A stretch of DNA of 64,000 nt from Ramazzottius varieornatus (Eukaryota; Animalia; Tardigrada), in NCBI GenBank assembly GCA_001949185.1, contig BDGG01000003.1, positions 3,207,158 to 3,271,157 on the forward strand, in the 5' to 3' direction. Both the position numbers and the translations under genes were made by a program. This document shows, piece after piece, positions 1 to 12,760 of this stretch. The stretch's first letter is position 1; every line of letters begins with the position of its first letter. The notes under the pieces are model-generated. The model was given only the letters and a program-made list of their open reading frames with translations, was not told the origin of the DNA and ran no database searches.

Positions 1-1554
1 TCAACAGCTCGGTGAACACAGTTCCCCTAAATGATCAGAGAACGTTTGCAGATCAGAGACTCATGGTCGAATATTACATAGACTTACCAGGTTTTAATCT
101 CTTCTTCCGTGTACTTGATCCGCGGTATGGGTCGCCCACTGCAACAATCAAAATCAAATTTAATCGAATTAAAAAGCCAAGAATTATTTCTTTTCATTTT
201 CTCGGCGTTGGCAAGTGAAAACTGCGGCACCACGTACTGCTTGTATCGTAGAGCCAAGTCCGCAAAGTACTGCCTTCGTTTGCGGTATGCCGGATCCTTG
301 AATCCCTATAAAACAGAACGAAGACCATATTGCAAGCAATATTGGCCAATCAGAGTCCTCTTAATGACCATTCAAACTGACATAATATGAACCGGAAGTG
401 CGTTCCTTTCCCGTGTTATTCAAGACTGGAGGATGACGTCAGGGAACCCACAAGATGCATACAGTTGACTGTTGATCGTTGATTGAGGCCCTTCTGGGCA
501 CACAAAACTACAGGGCACGATTTGGGACAGCATAGCTTTTCTTACACATAACATCCAACCGGATGCAGGCAGCACGATCAAGGTTCCATCCTTTGGGTAT
601 TTTTACATTTTGGGTTTATCGAGTTTAATTCCAGAATGCAGAAAACTAGAATCTTACCGGATGGTCAGCGTCCAATTCGACTCCATACGTCAGCACACGA
701 TGGGCGCTCTTGTCCAGATCTCCGATCCGTCGAGGAAACCATGGCATGCCATAAACCTCTACAAACCTGGCCGATCAGCTCACGGTTTCAGGAGAGAAAA
801 CAACAGAAGGAATGAAACAAACCGGGAGGTTCGAGCTGACACAAAGCATCCGCTCCATCGATTGATTCCTGGACACTTTGTTGGTAAGTCAGCCGTTTCT
901 TCAGCAAGTTGCACACTTGCGTCATCTTCGCGTCATCGCATTCGACGTCAACGAAGACCTCGCATTCGGCTTCGTCATTGCCGTGCGCCGCTTTGCGAGA
1001 CTCGATGCGCCCAATACTCACATTGTTCTCCTAAGTAACTACGCTGTTTAGATTATTGGGCAACGCTAATTGTTTTCGTACTACAGACTTGAAGACTCAC
1101 CCGAAACACCGTAAGAGCCTGTGTCAAGCTGTCCACTTCGTTCCTCAAAGAGAAGACGACGCTCTTCGTGTCTCGCGTGGTACCCTTCTTGAAGACCTCG
1201 CTTTCTTCTTCGAAATTCTGAAGCTTATCCTAAAGTATAGAGGACACATTTGCCACTTTTCTTCTGTAGTTTCAAAGCAGTGTCACAGCAGTGGAAACGT
1301 TCCGCGGAATGTTCCTCGCTGGGATACTTGATGAAATCGACAGGCAATATATGCGTGAGAGCGCATAATCAAGGTAAGAATTTCCAGTTTGATTTTTGTC
1401 AACAGTATACGGGCTTGTAGAAGGCTATAACTTAAAAACAGCGGCTAACCTTTTCGAAGAGGTCATGGAGTGAAAAGGCGTGTGGATCCGGAGTACTTGC
1501 CGCGCGTTTCCTCATCGTCAACCTTCTGGTAGAAGACGGCTCTGGGTGCTCCAT
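1..1554 (-). CDS. TPH: Tryptophan hydroxylase-like aromatic amino acid hydroxylase, 5' part (multi-exon, runs off window start)
   Basis: Spliced exons read MEHPEP..(1554-1450); [25 protein letters not shown] (from 1229); [22 protein letters not shown] (ACT domain); [28 protein letters not shown]; [18 protein letters not shown]; [15 protein letters not shown]; GTVFTELL. Closest to the TPH subfamily signature. Confidence 0.9.
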
Positions 1555-2282
1555 TGGTCAAGATGGAGAATTTCAGGGGACGAAACAGAGAACGCAACAA
1601 TGGAGGGAAAAAAGGGTCAAGTGCATTAGAGAGTCAAGGCTGACGATGACGAGAGGAGTGATCCCGGAAGTTGGATGAGGCTGTTTAAGTTCTCCAGTCT
1701 AATTCGCACCACGGAAAGGGTGAGGTAACTGTATCAATAATGAAATTCAAGTGCTGATCTCACTGCTGGGATATAAACACGAAAGCTGGACAGATTCTCG
1801 CGCTGAGTGATGTCTTTTAGTTACAGCCTCACTTCCGGTCGACGTGAGGCGAAACCAATTGGGATTGCTATAAAACTTCCCCACACTTCCTCGTTGTTTG
1901 AATCATATCCGGTGAGCCGTTATCTCCTGTTTGCTAACGCGTAAATCTAGACAGGTTGATGTGATCCTACTTTTTGACATTTACCAGATGGAAACCGTCC
2001 TGCACGGCTTCACCTCACCGATCGGCGGGGATTTCACCCAATAACCCTTCCCTTTTTTTGTGGAATGAAGCACAGGCCGTATAAATTACTGGGCGTTTTA
2101 CGGTCATACGTCAGTTTCACCGTCAAGGACCATCATTCAACTCAAATGTTTCGAGATAGGATTCCAAAGGCTGGACAAGGAAGCAGAGGAAGAAGAAAGT
2201 TCCATCTTAAATACTATTCAGCCATTTACAAATTTACATACATATCGTGGCTCAGAGGAGCTCGTTGTGAGTGCTAGCTTGT

Positions 2283-3031
2283 TTATCTGGCGCTCGCAGC
2301 AGGGTGTTCCGATGACGCAGACGACGTCCCCGCAGTGGAAGAATCAGCTCCAGCGGCTCCTGTGGAGGATTCTGCAGCGGTGCTCGCACTCGTACTATTG
2401 ACAATGAGTTCGTGTACGGGAGGGACCACGAGTCCTTCATTCAGCCTCTTCATGATAGGATCAGCCATTGGAGCTGGCTGGACTTCCATCATTGAGGGTT
2501 TGTCGTGAAAGGTGGCTTTCTGAGCTGCACTTTTCAGTTGACTACGAGCACAAAGATAATTTCTCTGGAAGTACTGGGTAAGAGTCAGTCGTAGACCGCG
2601 CTGAGTTGTATTCGTTCGTACCAGTATCCAATGCTACCAATCGCCCGTGGACACCCTCTGGAAATTCTGCAGACATGTCCCGGGAAAGCGGCGCAAGCAT
2701 TATCCGAGCTGCATGACTATGAAACAAGAATACTGTGATGAACTCGGCTTTTGTCATAAAACTCCGTTATAAACTAGAGTTACCCAGAGCTGCGCAATAG
2801 CTGCTCCTTGTTCCAGCCAGCACCGACACTGTCCCTCCTGACACGTGGTCCCGGCATCCAGACAGTCTTCCACTCGGTTGCAGACCTCGTTGACAGCTGT
2901 AGCATCAGACAAAACTATGTGCAGAGTCAATACTAGAAGAACCATGTGATACAGACAGATGAGAACCGCTTACCTGAGACACCGGCGACAATGGCCAAAA
3001 GGGTGAACAAGGAAGCTCGAAGGTACTCCAT
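2283..3031 (-). CDS. Small secreted Cys-rich protein (two EB-like Cys modules plus Ser/Ala tail), 4 exons
   Basis: Signal-like exon MEYLRASLFTLLAIVAGVS|gtaag; CNRVEDCLDAGTTCQEGQCRC; SCSSDNACAAFPGHVCRISRGC..GYC. GT-AG junctions keep frame into ORF 2283-2492. Confidence 0.65.
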
Positions 3032-3771
3032 TGTCCCAGATATCCACGTACCGTAATGAATTGTCTGCGATAGCTATAGCTTTCCAAGTAAAAGGATGGG
3101 TGATGGGATTTCCAATGGTGTTGCTTCTTAAATCGTGAATTTAAACGCCGCTCTGTGCACTACGGCAATCGTATGTTCGTTTTTCACATGATACCGGCGC
3201 TTACCCGTGTTTCTTACCACGCAACAACGGCTTACTTATTTGTCTTTTTTATTTTTTTTCCCGCTGTTACAAGCGAGTCTTCGATCAAGAACCTCCACGA
3301 GATCTTGTATTTAGACAGCGATTGCTGGTTTGTTGTCCTGGTTTTATAGACAAACGAGCAGATAAAACACCACCGACGTCTGTTCGGTGCTTTGACGTCT
3401 TATGAAAACGATGAGAGTGTTTTGTCTAGAAACACAAAGTTCGGCTATTAATTTATTAGTTTAAGCTCACCCACATCACCGACCACATGACATACATCGC
3501 CATCGCTCTGAAAATCGACGTGGTGAGTATCCTATCTACGGTAACGGCGGTAATATCAAGCTTCTCCTCATCAGCGATTCAGACCGTCGAAAGCGCAACC
3601 TGTTAATCCTGGTTTCTTTTCGTGTGATAGTTTCGTTGTTCAAAGGGACTTGCGCACAAGGTTTATTATGATCAGAAGTCGACCAAAATTAACATTTAAA
3701 ACGAAATTGATATTTGGAACGAAATGAAAGATTTAAGTTACGTATTCATGCTGTGAAATTGCAATCGTGAT

Positions 3772-4290
3772 TTACAGTTCCATGTCGTACACTTGGCGAG
3801 CTGACAACAGATACCGGTCAACGGGAGACACCGAGTAGTAGCTCGGGTACTCGGAATTACTTCCGAAGGGACCAAAGGTCTTCGACGAAGAAGTACCGTC
3901 AAGAAGGTAGTCATCGATGGTGGGGTAGCCCGTGAAGGTCAGAAGGTAGTCGCTGACGGGCTTCGTTACTTCCCTGACTCGCGACGTTCCTGGATGAGCG
4001 GGGTTTAGCTGAATCCGACCGCGAGAATTGTATGGGATAGAACTGTCCAAGAATCGCTCATCGATGCTACGCCCTTCGGCGCCTGCTGATCGCATCAAGG
4101 CGAGCTGGATACGGAAGAGCCTTTCGCGTTCCTTATCATCCATGTCTTCCACGCTACCTGGAAGTTGCAAAGCACCCAATGGGTTAGTGAGTAGGAAAAA
4201 TGGCGTATCTCTTCCGAGGATTCCTATCTTACCGTATACAGCATGGACTGCGTAGCTGAGCAGAAGAACAGAAGCCAGTATTCTTGTCAT
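3772..4290 (-). CDS. Single-exon predicted secreted protein, unknown function
   Basis: MTRILASVLLLSYAVHAVYG signal peptide; 172-aa ORF with a recurring (D/S)xYLL motif. Confidence 0.6.
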   Translation of the reverse strand: MTRILASVLLLSYAVHAVYGKIGILGRDTPFFLLTNPLGALQLPGSVEDMDDKERERLFRIQLALMRSAGAEGRSIDERFLDSSIPYNSRGRIQLNPAHPGTSRVREVTKPVSDYLLTFTGYPTIDDYLLDGTSSSKTFGPFGSNSEYPSYYSVSPVDRYLLSARQVYDMEL

Positions 4291-5065
4291 GGTGGAATGA
4301 CTGGGTCGCTGCAATCTTATGGTGGCCGTTAGAGTACCAAAAAAAAATTTTGGTTTCACTAAAGCCCGAGAGTTGACTGAAACGCACAGAATTCAATATT
4401 TCGGACAATTCGGCTGTTTTTTTCATGCATGCATGCAGTAATAACGGACGTGGCGGACTACTGCCTCCAGGTAACCTTACTGAACTAACGAAAACAGGAC
4501 CGGAAGGAATCTGTTCGAAAGCAAACCTTGAAGCACTTCGCGCAAATTTTCTCTGATGAATTACGATATGCCACGATTATTTGATCCGTGTCCGGCTTAC
4601 CTATTAAAGTATTTACTATTTAGCATTGTCGCTGAATCTCGGATTCTGGTACAGGGTAGGGTATCACACTTCCTTTTATAATTGTCCGTAAATTTTTGAT
4701 CCAAAAATAAAAAGATTGACGTGTCCAGTCAAGATTCCAGATTTTCCAGTGCAGACTATGAAATAAAATCCAAACTAGTCGCTTGAAGGAGAAAATAAAC
4801 TTCAGATGTCCTTAAGGCCTAGAATACAGCGTATTCAGCGCATATTTCCAGCCAAAGAGAGCTAGTTTTCAAAAACTGTCGTGCTCAGCGATTGCAAAGA
4901 AAAAAGCTAGAATGAGGTATCTTCTGTATGTAAATTGAAAACATCTTAGCGAAAGTTCCGCCAGAAACATGAAAAGGCGATTCGAAGAAAAACAAACTGG
5001 ATAAAGCAGTCTCCTACAGAGATCCACCTTTGATGTTTTATGCAGATGACAAAATAATCCCAGCT

Positions 5066-6305
5066 TCATTGCTTCTTGAGCTTCTGCTGCTTCTTTAATC
5101 TCTTTTCGCGTTTCCGCCCTTCGGAGTCTGAGTCAGATTCCGAGCTGCTGCTGCTGCTACTGCTCGTGTCTTCATCTTCCTCCTTTTTCTTCTTAGAGTC
5201 TTTCTTACTGGCCGTTCCAACCTTCCGTGTCGAGACTGATTTTTCGGCCTCCAAGCTCGATCTTGCACCATCACGATCGAGGAGTTGTTCGCTTAACTGT
5301 CCGAGACCACCACCATCAGGAGAGACTTGGGAAGACAGTCCCTCCATCACCACAGTTTGCTGCGCGTTACTGACTGTCCGTTTCTTGCTGACTTCGTTAT
5401 CTTGGTCAGGAGTGATGAACTCTCCACCTTTCAGCTCGCGGGTTGTCCCTTTTTCGGAAGACTGGTCTTGCTTCTTGCCATCGATCTGAGAAGACTGAGT
5501 TGCCGTAGAAGAGCTATCAGGCTTAGCCTGCACTGAAAACACCAAATGAAATTAAATTCGCGCTCCTTTTTCCTGCCAACGTTTCGGTTATACAAAGCAG
5601 TGAGGAAAGAACGTGTGGTAAATCGAAAGGAAATCCGCCTACTTTCCGGTGAACTTTTAGACGGGGCACTTCCGGCGGAAGCTCGCTCTTGGGCTGTTCT
5701 GAGACGCTCATCTCTCTCATTCATCACCCTTCGCGCCGCGTCCACCTTCGCCTGGTCCAGACCAACATCTACCCTCTTGATGTATCCTCCAGCGTCACTC
5801 GATGCTTCGTCGTAGTCAGGGTTCGCTCCGATGGCTTGCCACATGCGCGCTGGGTCTGGCTTCGCAGTTGTCGGAAACACTGACGGCTCCTTCTGGTTAG
5901 AAGAAGTGCTTTGGTTTCGTTGCTGCTCGTTAACCGAGCTTGCATCCTTCTGAGGGGGGCTCTGGCCTACAAAACTCATGACTGACAGAATGACGTTCTC
6001 CGGAGATAAGTATCGTGGTTTGACAAAGCCGTATTACCTGTATCTGAGCGAGTAGGCTGCTCCTTGGACTGAAGCTGCGCCTTGCTGGGGGATGATCGTT
6101 CGCTCGAACCTACACCCTTATCACTAGACGCGTATTCTCGTGTTGAGAAGAATCCGAGGGTGGACCGAGCAACATCCAGTAAAGCATGATCTTGGGCACT
6201 TCCGGCAGCCTCACTGTTCCTTTCAGTCAGTCCGCTGCTGGCCCTTTTCCTGGAAGCCCCCCGTACGGATGCTGCGATTCTAACCGGGATCCTTCCGGAC
6301 ATCAT
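5066..6305 (-). CDS. Low-complexity hydrophilic protein with mitochondrial-presequence-like N-terminus (~357 aa, 3 exons)
   Basis: Exons 6305-6038, 5981-5643, 5532-5066 total 1074 nt, in frame. N-terminus MMSGRIPVRIAASVRGASRKRASS..GFFSTREYASS; C-terminal poly-S/ESDSD tract and Lys-rich end. Confidence 0.65.
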
Positions 6306-7311
6306 GTCAAAGATATTGGAAGTATCTCGTCCTGCCAACAAGCGCCAGCTCCTGTGCTCGGGAGCCGGGATATAACTGGGACAATTACCACATAAGCACC
6401 AAAATTATTCTATTGCCATCCGTCCACCTATGGTGACCTTGGAAGGGCGGGGGAGCAGGCCGCCAGGGGAGTTAACCATCGGCTTCGGTGTAAGCCGGAG
6501 CTCTATGTAAACTCGTTGTGATTCGCGAAGCCGGACCGGTAGGCGGGAAACTCTTGAATGAGCTCGAAGTGACTGATGCGATCGTATCATCGGAACAAAG
6601 GCAAATGTTTGCTCCCTGTGGACGGCTTGCCAGAGTCAGACAAAGCTTCTCTCTTCTCTGTCGCACACCTAGCATATCTGATGAAGAGATCGTCGCAATC
6701 ACGATCCTAGACGAACAGCAGGTAAATCGGTGTATCCACCAGACTAACTTAGTTGCGAAGCCAAGGATTTCGGGTCTGCGGCGCAAAACTCATCATCGAG
6801 AATTCCAACGACACTCGATCACGCCTAGTACTCTCAACAACGGTACGAGGTAAGTTCGACCTTCTTGTCCATCCTGATTTTTTCAGAGGAATCTTTGCTG
6901 ATTTACCAGCTTGAGCTGGCTGTAGGTTATAGCCGTATTCCATCATAGCCTTCGGAAATCCACAACTTGCGGTTGAGGACTCGCCTGACATGGAACTTTT
7001 ATCAACGGAGACCGTTGAGAAATTTAATAACTGATGCAAGGTGAGATTTCACCGTCGCCTGATCACCATCGAAGCAAGATCTGCACCGGCTAATTTATTC
7101 ATAAGCTGTTGTTAGAGACTGGCTTTGAAGTGTGATTGACGACTTCTATCAGCGTGAACGCTAAAGAAAACAAGAGATCACTTTAGCAGCTTTCATGTTC
7201 CGTAATTAATTCGATTTTTCGTTGCTGTTTGCAGGTATCACTGATCAACGTCAAAGATTCTGTCAACGCTGGATCAAGATTCAAGACTGTCCCACTTGAA
7301 CGGAAGCCAGA

Positions 7312-9029
7312 ATGGGTTGCGCACAGAGCATCGAGGATAAGGTGGCCGTTGAGAAGAGTCGTCAGATCGATCGACAGATTCTGGAGAATCGTTTAGTGAG
7401 GAGCAAAGAAGTCAAGCTTCTCCTCCTGGGCGCTGGAGAAAGCGGAAAGAGTACGATCGTCAAACAGATGAAAATTATTCATCAAGATGGATACGGAAAG
7501 GAGGAATGCGCCAGTTATCGCGGGGTGGTTTATAATAACACTGTTCAGAGCCTGATGACCATACTCAAAGCCATGGGATACCTCCGCATCGACTTCTGGT
7601 CTAAGCAACGCACAGAAGATGCTCGCCTGTTCTTTCAGATGGTATCACAACTGGAAGATGGTGAGATGACACCCGAGGTAGGTTGTTCCGTCTCCAAATT
7701 CATCTCAACAACAGCAGGCTGTCCAGCTTCCGACCGGAAGTTGAACTCTATGGTGCGATTGTTTCCTTCCAAGTCGATCTGTTGGGTTGAGCTCACGATG
7801 CTTATCGAGTAATCATTAATGAGATGTCGACATTGTATGCATGAGAATACATTTGTCAGCCTGAAGGCGTCAAAGAGTGAGGACTGTAAATATTTACCGT
7901 CGCATATTCCATGATAAGTGTTCCAACACAAGTGCAGTAAAATATGCAACAGGTGTTTTCTTGTTCTACGGAACGTCGCGGGTTTTGTCCAGCTGGAAGT
8001 TAAAAGAGGGTACAGGAATCGTGAATTCATGTTGTGAATGTCAAGTTAATTTGGTTTCCATTTTTCAGTTGGCCATGACGATGAAGCGGTTATGGATGGA
8101 CGCAGGCGTGCAAGAATGCTACGGACGAAGTCAAGAGTACCAGTTAAATGATTCCGCTTCGTACTACCTGAACTCCCTCGACCGACTAGCCAATCCTTAC
8201 TACATTCCCGATCAACAAGACGTCCTCCGAACCCGTGTCAAGACCACGGGGATAATGGAGACGGTCTTCACCTACAAAGGCATCACCTTTAGACTCTTTG
8301 ACGTCGGTGGTCAGCGATCAGAGCGGAAGAAGTGGATACACTGTTTCGAAGGCGTGACAGCCATCATTTTCTGTGTAGCCATGAACTGCTACGATATGAA
8401 GTTGCTGGAGGATGAGAACGTTAACCGCATGATGGAATCCATGAAGCTGTTCGAGTCCATCTGCAATAATAGGTACGTCGATGTTTTTGGCCATCTTATC
8501 CGTTTCACTTTTGAATTGTATTCTTGGTTCCAACAGGTGGTTCACTGACACATCCATAATACTATTCCTTAACAAAAAGGTAAGCCAATCTGTAGCTTTG
8601 TAAGCCCACTAGAAGTCAGAATAGAATGGTCTTTCACACACTTGCATACACGGCGCTGGACGTTTTACAACGAGGCCGTGCATGCAGGTACGCCCAGCGT
8701 GCAGTTTTTGTTTGCCGACTTTGCTTTTGAGCTGACAAGCAAGTGCCGACATGTCTGTAATCTGTTTTTGTTGGGGATAGGATCTCTTCGCCGAGAAGAT
8801 AAAGCATTCTCCACTGACGCTCTGCTTTCCCGAGTATCCAGGTGAAAACTCGTACGAGGAAGCTTCAGCTTATATACAAGCCAGATTTGAGGCCCTCAAC
8901 AGGAACCCCAACAAAGAAATTTACTCGCATTTAACTTGCGCAACTGATACCTCGAACATCCAGTTTGTCTTTGAATCAGTCACTGATGTAATCATCAAAG
9001 AACAGTTGAAAGATGTTGGCTTGTTCTGA
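7312..9029 (+). CDS. GNAI: Heterotrimeric G protein alpha subunit, Gi/o class (353 aa)
   Basis: Exons 7312-7677, 8069-8472, 8537-8579, 8781-9029 (1062 nt). MGC lipidation start; [30 protein letters not shown] and TCATDT boxes; ends LKDVGLF. Confidence 0.95.
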
Positions 9030-10337
9030 TGGTTCCCTCTTTCCATGACTTTGTCTTGAAAAATGCTTCTTGCCTTTTTTACGCTTCTCATTTGTTACTT
9101 TCATACTCCTCTTTTGTAGTCTTCCTAGTGATGGTTTTATTGTTGATGGTTGACGGAATCCAGTATAATCGCGGCAGGGCTTGCTTTATGACATATGCGT
9201 CCGTGTGAAAGCCGACTTTTACGATCTCTTTTTGCCTCACGTTCCGCGATAACCTCCACCGATCACGCCGTCCTACCTTGTGATCTCGACATCAATTATG
9301 ATATTCCGCTATTCGGTACCGTGTCTACACACCTCTATGTATTTATTTATGCTCCGTGTGTGTACACGTGAAACAGCGATTGTCAAAGTCCCCAGCCGGC
9401 ATTGTGATTGATGACTACGAAGACCTAGATAAATGTAAGTAAACCATTTCCATCATTGGCGAACATTGCGCCGTTTAGAAGGCCGAAAGTCTCAGACTGT
9501 TCTGGGTCTTCAATGATTTGTCGTCGAGAGCTTTTGGACCTCACTCCGCAGTCCTTAGAGGGTTTTTCTTTGGTGGTTCGTATAGCGCCAATTCGTTCTC
9601 GTGGGACGAATCAGCTGGCCATGGGGCAGGAGAACTTCCTGATAGCTCTGTCAGCCGCGCTGAGCTTTCTTGTCTGATATGTGGTCGCTATGAACACAAG
9701 GCTTATAGCCGGATCAATTCAACATCTTTTCCCCGCCGTGAACTAGATTTTCGGGAAAAAATGAGGAACCAAACTGAACAACTCGTTAGCGTTCGGAGTA
9801 TGTTACAGGCGGACTTGTACAGACTTTTGGAATTGGAATCGCAGTTCAATCAGAACACAGTACACGCGCCTAACCAGACTGTTGGCATGGACAAAACAGT
9901 TGGCAGCAGGCCGAAGGCGGAGAACTGTAGCTTGATTTAATGTGCGTTCCCGCTGTCGCTCCGCTGCGAACTGATTTGTCCATGCCAATAGTTAGGCTAG
10001 GCGTGAGCACTGTGTAGTGGTTGAATATGCACAGCAGATTCTAAACAACGACAGAGTAAATCAATCCAGTCCGGCCAGCTTGTTGGCAGGAATCGCAATC
10101 GCCAGTTTATCGCACTAGGAAAATTCCAAAATAATTCAAATTTCCAGTTTCCGGAAAAAGGTGAAGCGACTTAGTGAACCATCTTCTCGACCTGAACAAG
10201 TTTTATGTTCCTCATCCCATTCATACGCAGTTGAATAATCGTAAGTGGACACAAGTACTGAAGGTAAGCAAAGTACGGGGGTGGGCTGTGCGCGTATTGC
10301 ACTATGACGTGACACGTTGTTGATTTGCAGGTCCAAT

Positions 10338-12213
10338 ATGTTTTCGACAAAGCTCGCCCAAACCTTGCAGTCGTCAAGCAGGCTGCTCCGCGCCGTCTCC
10401 CTCACCGAAAGTCGTGCTCTCTTCGCTAGCAAAGCTGCCGGTTCACCCTCTGGAGAATCAGGTCGTGATGTTCGTGATGTCGGAACACAGAAGGTGAATG
10501 TGCCCGTAGGTGAAGCTACAAAGAAGGCGGACAAGGTCGGTGGAAAAGGAGCTGGCGCTGCCTCCCAACGAGGACATGAAGAAGTATCAGGTGGCAAGCA
10601 GCAAACAGGCACCAACATGCAGCAGAAGCGTTCCTTCACCATGTCAGCTTCCACCAACAAAGACAAGTCCTCGCCAAATAGTAGCTCAATGGGCACCGAA
10701 AGCGGATCCTTCATCTCGCAGGAAGCCAAGAAGAACATTAACCCAGGTACGCACAGCGAAAACCAGACTGGTGGTTACAAGAACCTAGATTTTTACCCGG
10801 AGAAGCCAGGCGTCGATCCGTTCAGCGCTGCTAATCGTCAACGTGGTGGCCAGCAGAGTTCTGGTGCTGGTGGTCAGTACGACACTCATAAGAACCCTAG
10901 CCAGACCGGAAGGCAAGCTGAAGAGAGGTACATGGATGAAGCCATGACTAGCAAGCCCGGACCTTTGGTGGACGGACCAAGCGATAAGTCCGCCCAGAAG
11001 GGATCATCATCTTTCCAAAGTGGAGGACACCAGTCGCAGCAGAGTGGACAATCTTCACAGCAGGGTGGGCCCGGAAAAGGCTGGAAGGATACTGGCTCGC
11101 AGTCTGGTAAGCGAAGCTTCTCCACCTCGACCATTTCTTGGACTGTCACTCCTGCTGGCAAAGGTACATCTTCTACTGGAGGACAACCAGCTGGCCAAGG
11201 AACAACTAAACCCACAGGTAACTGAATATTCTTATCGCATACTCGTAAGTATCCTTGTCTGTATTATGCATGGGCATTCCAGTCATGTCCGGCGCTGGGT
11301 TTCAGTCGCAGACAAAAGGTGTCTTTCTGGATAAGGATAACTTTGTGATTGACCCAAAAGGTGTGCATTTAATTGTCTTAAGAGCAACTCTGAAATCTGT
11401 CGTGATGAGCTAATTGGGATCAATGGCAAACAAACTCGACAGGATCGTTTTTCCCAGTGGCGTGCAATCTCAGCCAGTGATACAGAAAACTGCGCCAGTT
11501 AAGACAAAGAATCTTGTCGAGTTTATTTGCCGACGTCCCAGTAATTTGTGCTTACGTTGATTTCGCCCTTTCTCTGCGGAAACGCGCTGACAAAGCCGTA
11601 CTCTGTACCAACTTGACAAGCTCTCCTAGAAAGAAGGCGAAGCCCAAAATTTTTCTCGACGACTCACCTAAGTATTCAGGACTCAAAGGTTTATTTCGTT
11701 TCAGGAAACGATACTGGTCTGAAAGGTACCGAACGACAGCGAACAGGCGATGACAAGCATGGCAAGGACAACAAGAAGACCCCACCATCCATCGACGTCG
11801 GTTTGGGTGAGATCAACACCGGCAAAAGCAAGAGCCAGACGACTGGCGGTAAGCGTGGCATGGCTACTTCCGCGTCATCATCCGGCGATAAAACCACAGG
11901 AGGAAAGCGAGAAGGTCCTGGTCCGGGCACGAAGAAGGCCGAGTCGATCGGCAATGCCGAGTTTGGAGGGGAAGACCACAAGGGAGGTGATCGTCGAGCC
12001 CAGCACGCCGAGTTTGATAGTCAAGAACAACGTGTGGAGGTGGACAAGGCTTCGCGAAAACCTCCTTCCATTCATGGAGCTATTGATGCCGTGAAGGAAG
12101 CGGTAACTGGAGCTGCGACTGCAGCGAAAGGTGCTGCTGCCGGGGCTAAAGACGCTATGGGTAAAGCTCAGCAAGCTGTTGGTACTGCAGCACCCAAGGC
12201 AAAGAACAAGTAG
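10338..12213 (+). CDS. Mitochondria-targeted intrinsically disordered G/S/K/Q/T/A-rich protein with C-terminal LEA/Dsup-like amphipathic helix (~462 aa)
   Basis: Exons 10338-11217 and 11705-12213 (1389 nt, phase-1 GT-AG intron). Presequence MFSTKLAQTLQSSSRLLRAVSLTESRALFAS; no Cys and almost no hydrophobic stretch. Confidence 0.8.
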
Positions 12214-12760
12214 AGATCGCAGACCGAAGTGTGACTTTGATATTGTAGAATGAAAATCTTGCATTAATTAGTGCGATATTCTATCTGGTAATCACAGACT
12301 GTATTGACGTTTTATCTGTTTGTCGTTTCAAGAACATTGTGCTTCGCTGATTGTGCACAAAAAGGCGATGAAATAACCCAGACCATTGAAGCTCGCGATC
12401 ACTGATCATAACTTCGACTGGAGAGTTCGGCAAGATCATTTTCCAAAGTGGCGCACGATTTCAGTTAATACAGGTTGAAACATGCGCCACTTTGAGAAAC
12501 GATTTTGTTGACTTTGTCTCCCTGCTTCCCACGTCATGGCACAAGAGCGCACTGAGATGTATGATTTTTCTTTATTACAGGCTGCGTCTGAAGTGAAAAT
12601 GAAAACAGTCATCCGGAATATTTCTCACAGACCGATCGTGGAACACTCGTCGAAATAAAACGCAAAATACGTACAGGGAGCCAAGTCATCACCCAAAGCG
12701 CGATAAGAACAAAAGTGGTAAAGATTAGCAAAACGACCCGGTCGAAGAAATGCACTCAAT

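Noticed and set aside
6518-7039. Short ORFs between the 5-6 kb gene and G-alpha
   Set aside because: More simply explained as divergent promoter and 5' UTR exons of G-alpha (acceptor at 7234).
9456-9940. ORF 9518-9940 as a gene
   Set aside because: Non-ATG start, no recognisable domain or convincing splice structure; cannot be supported, though not excluded.
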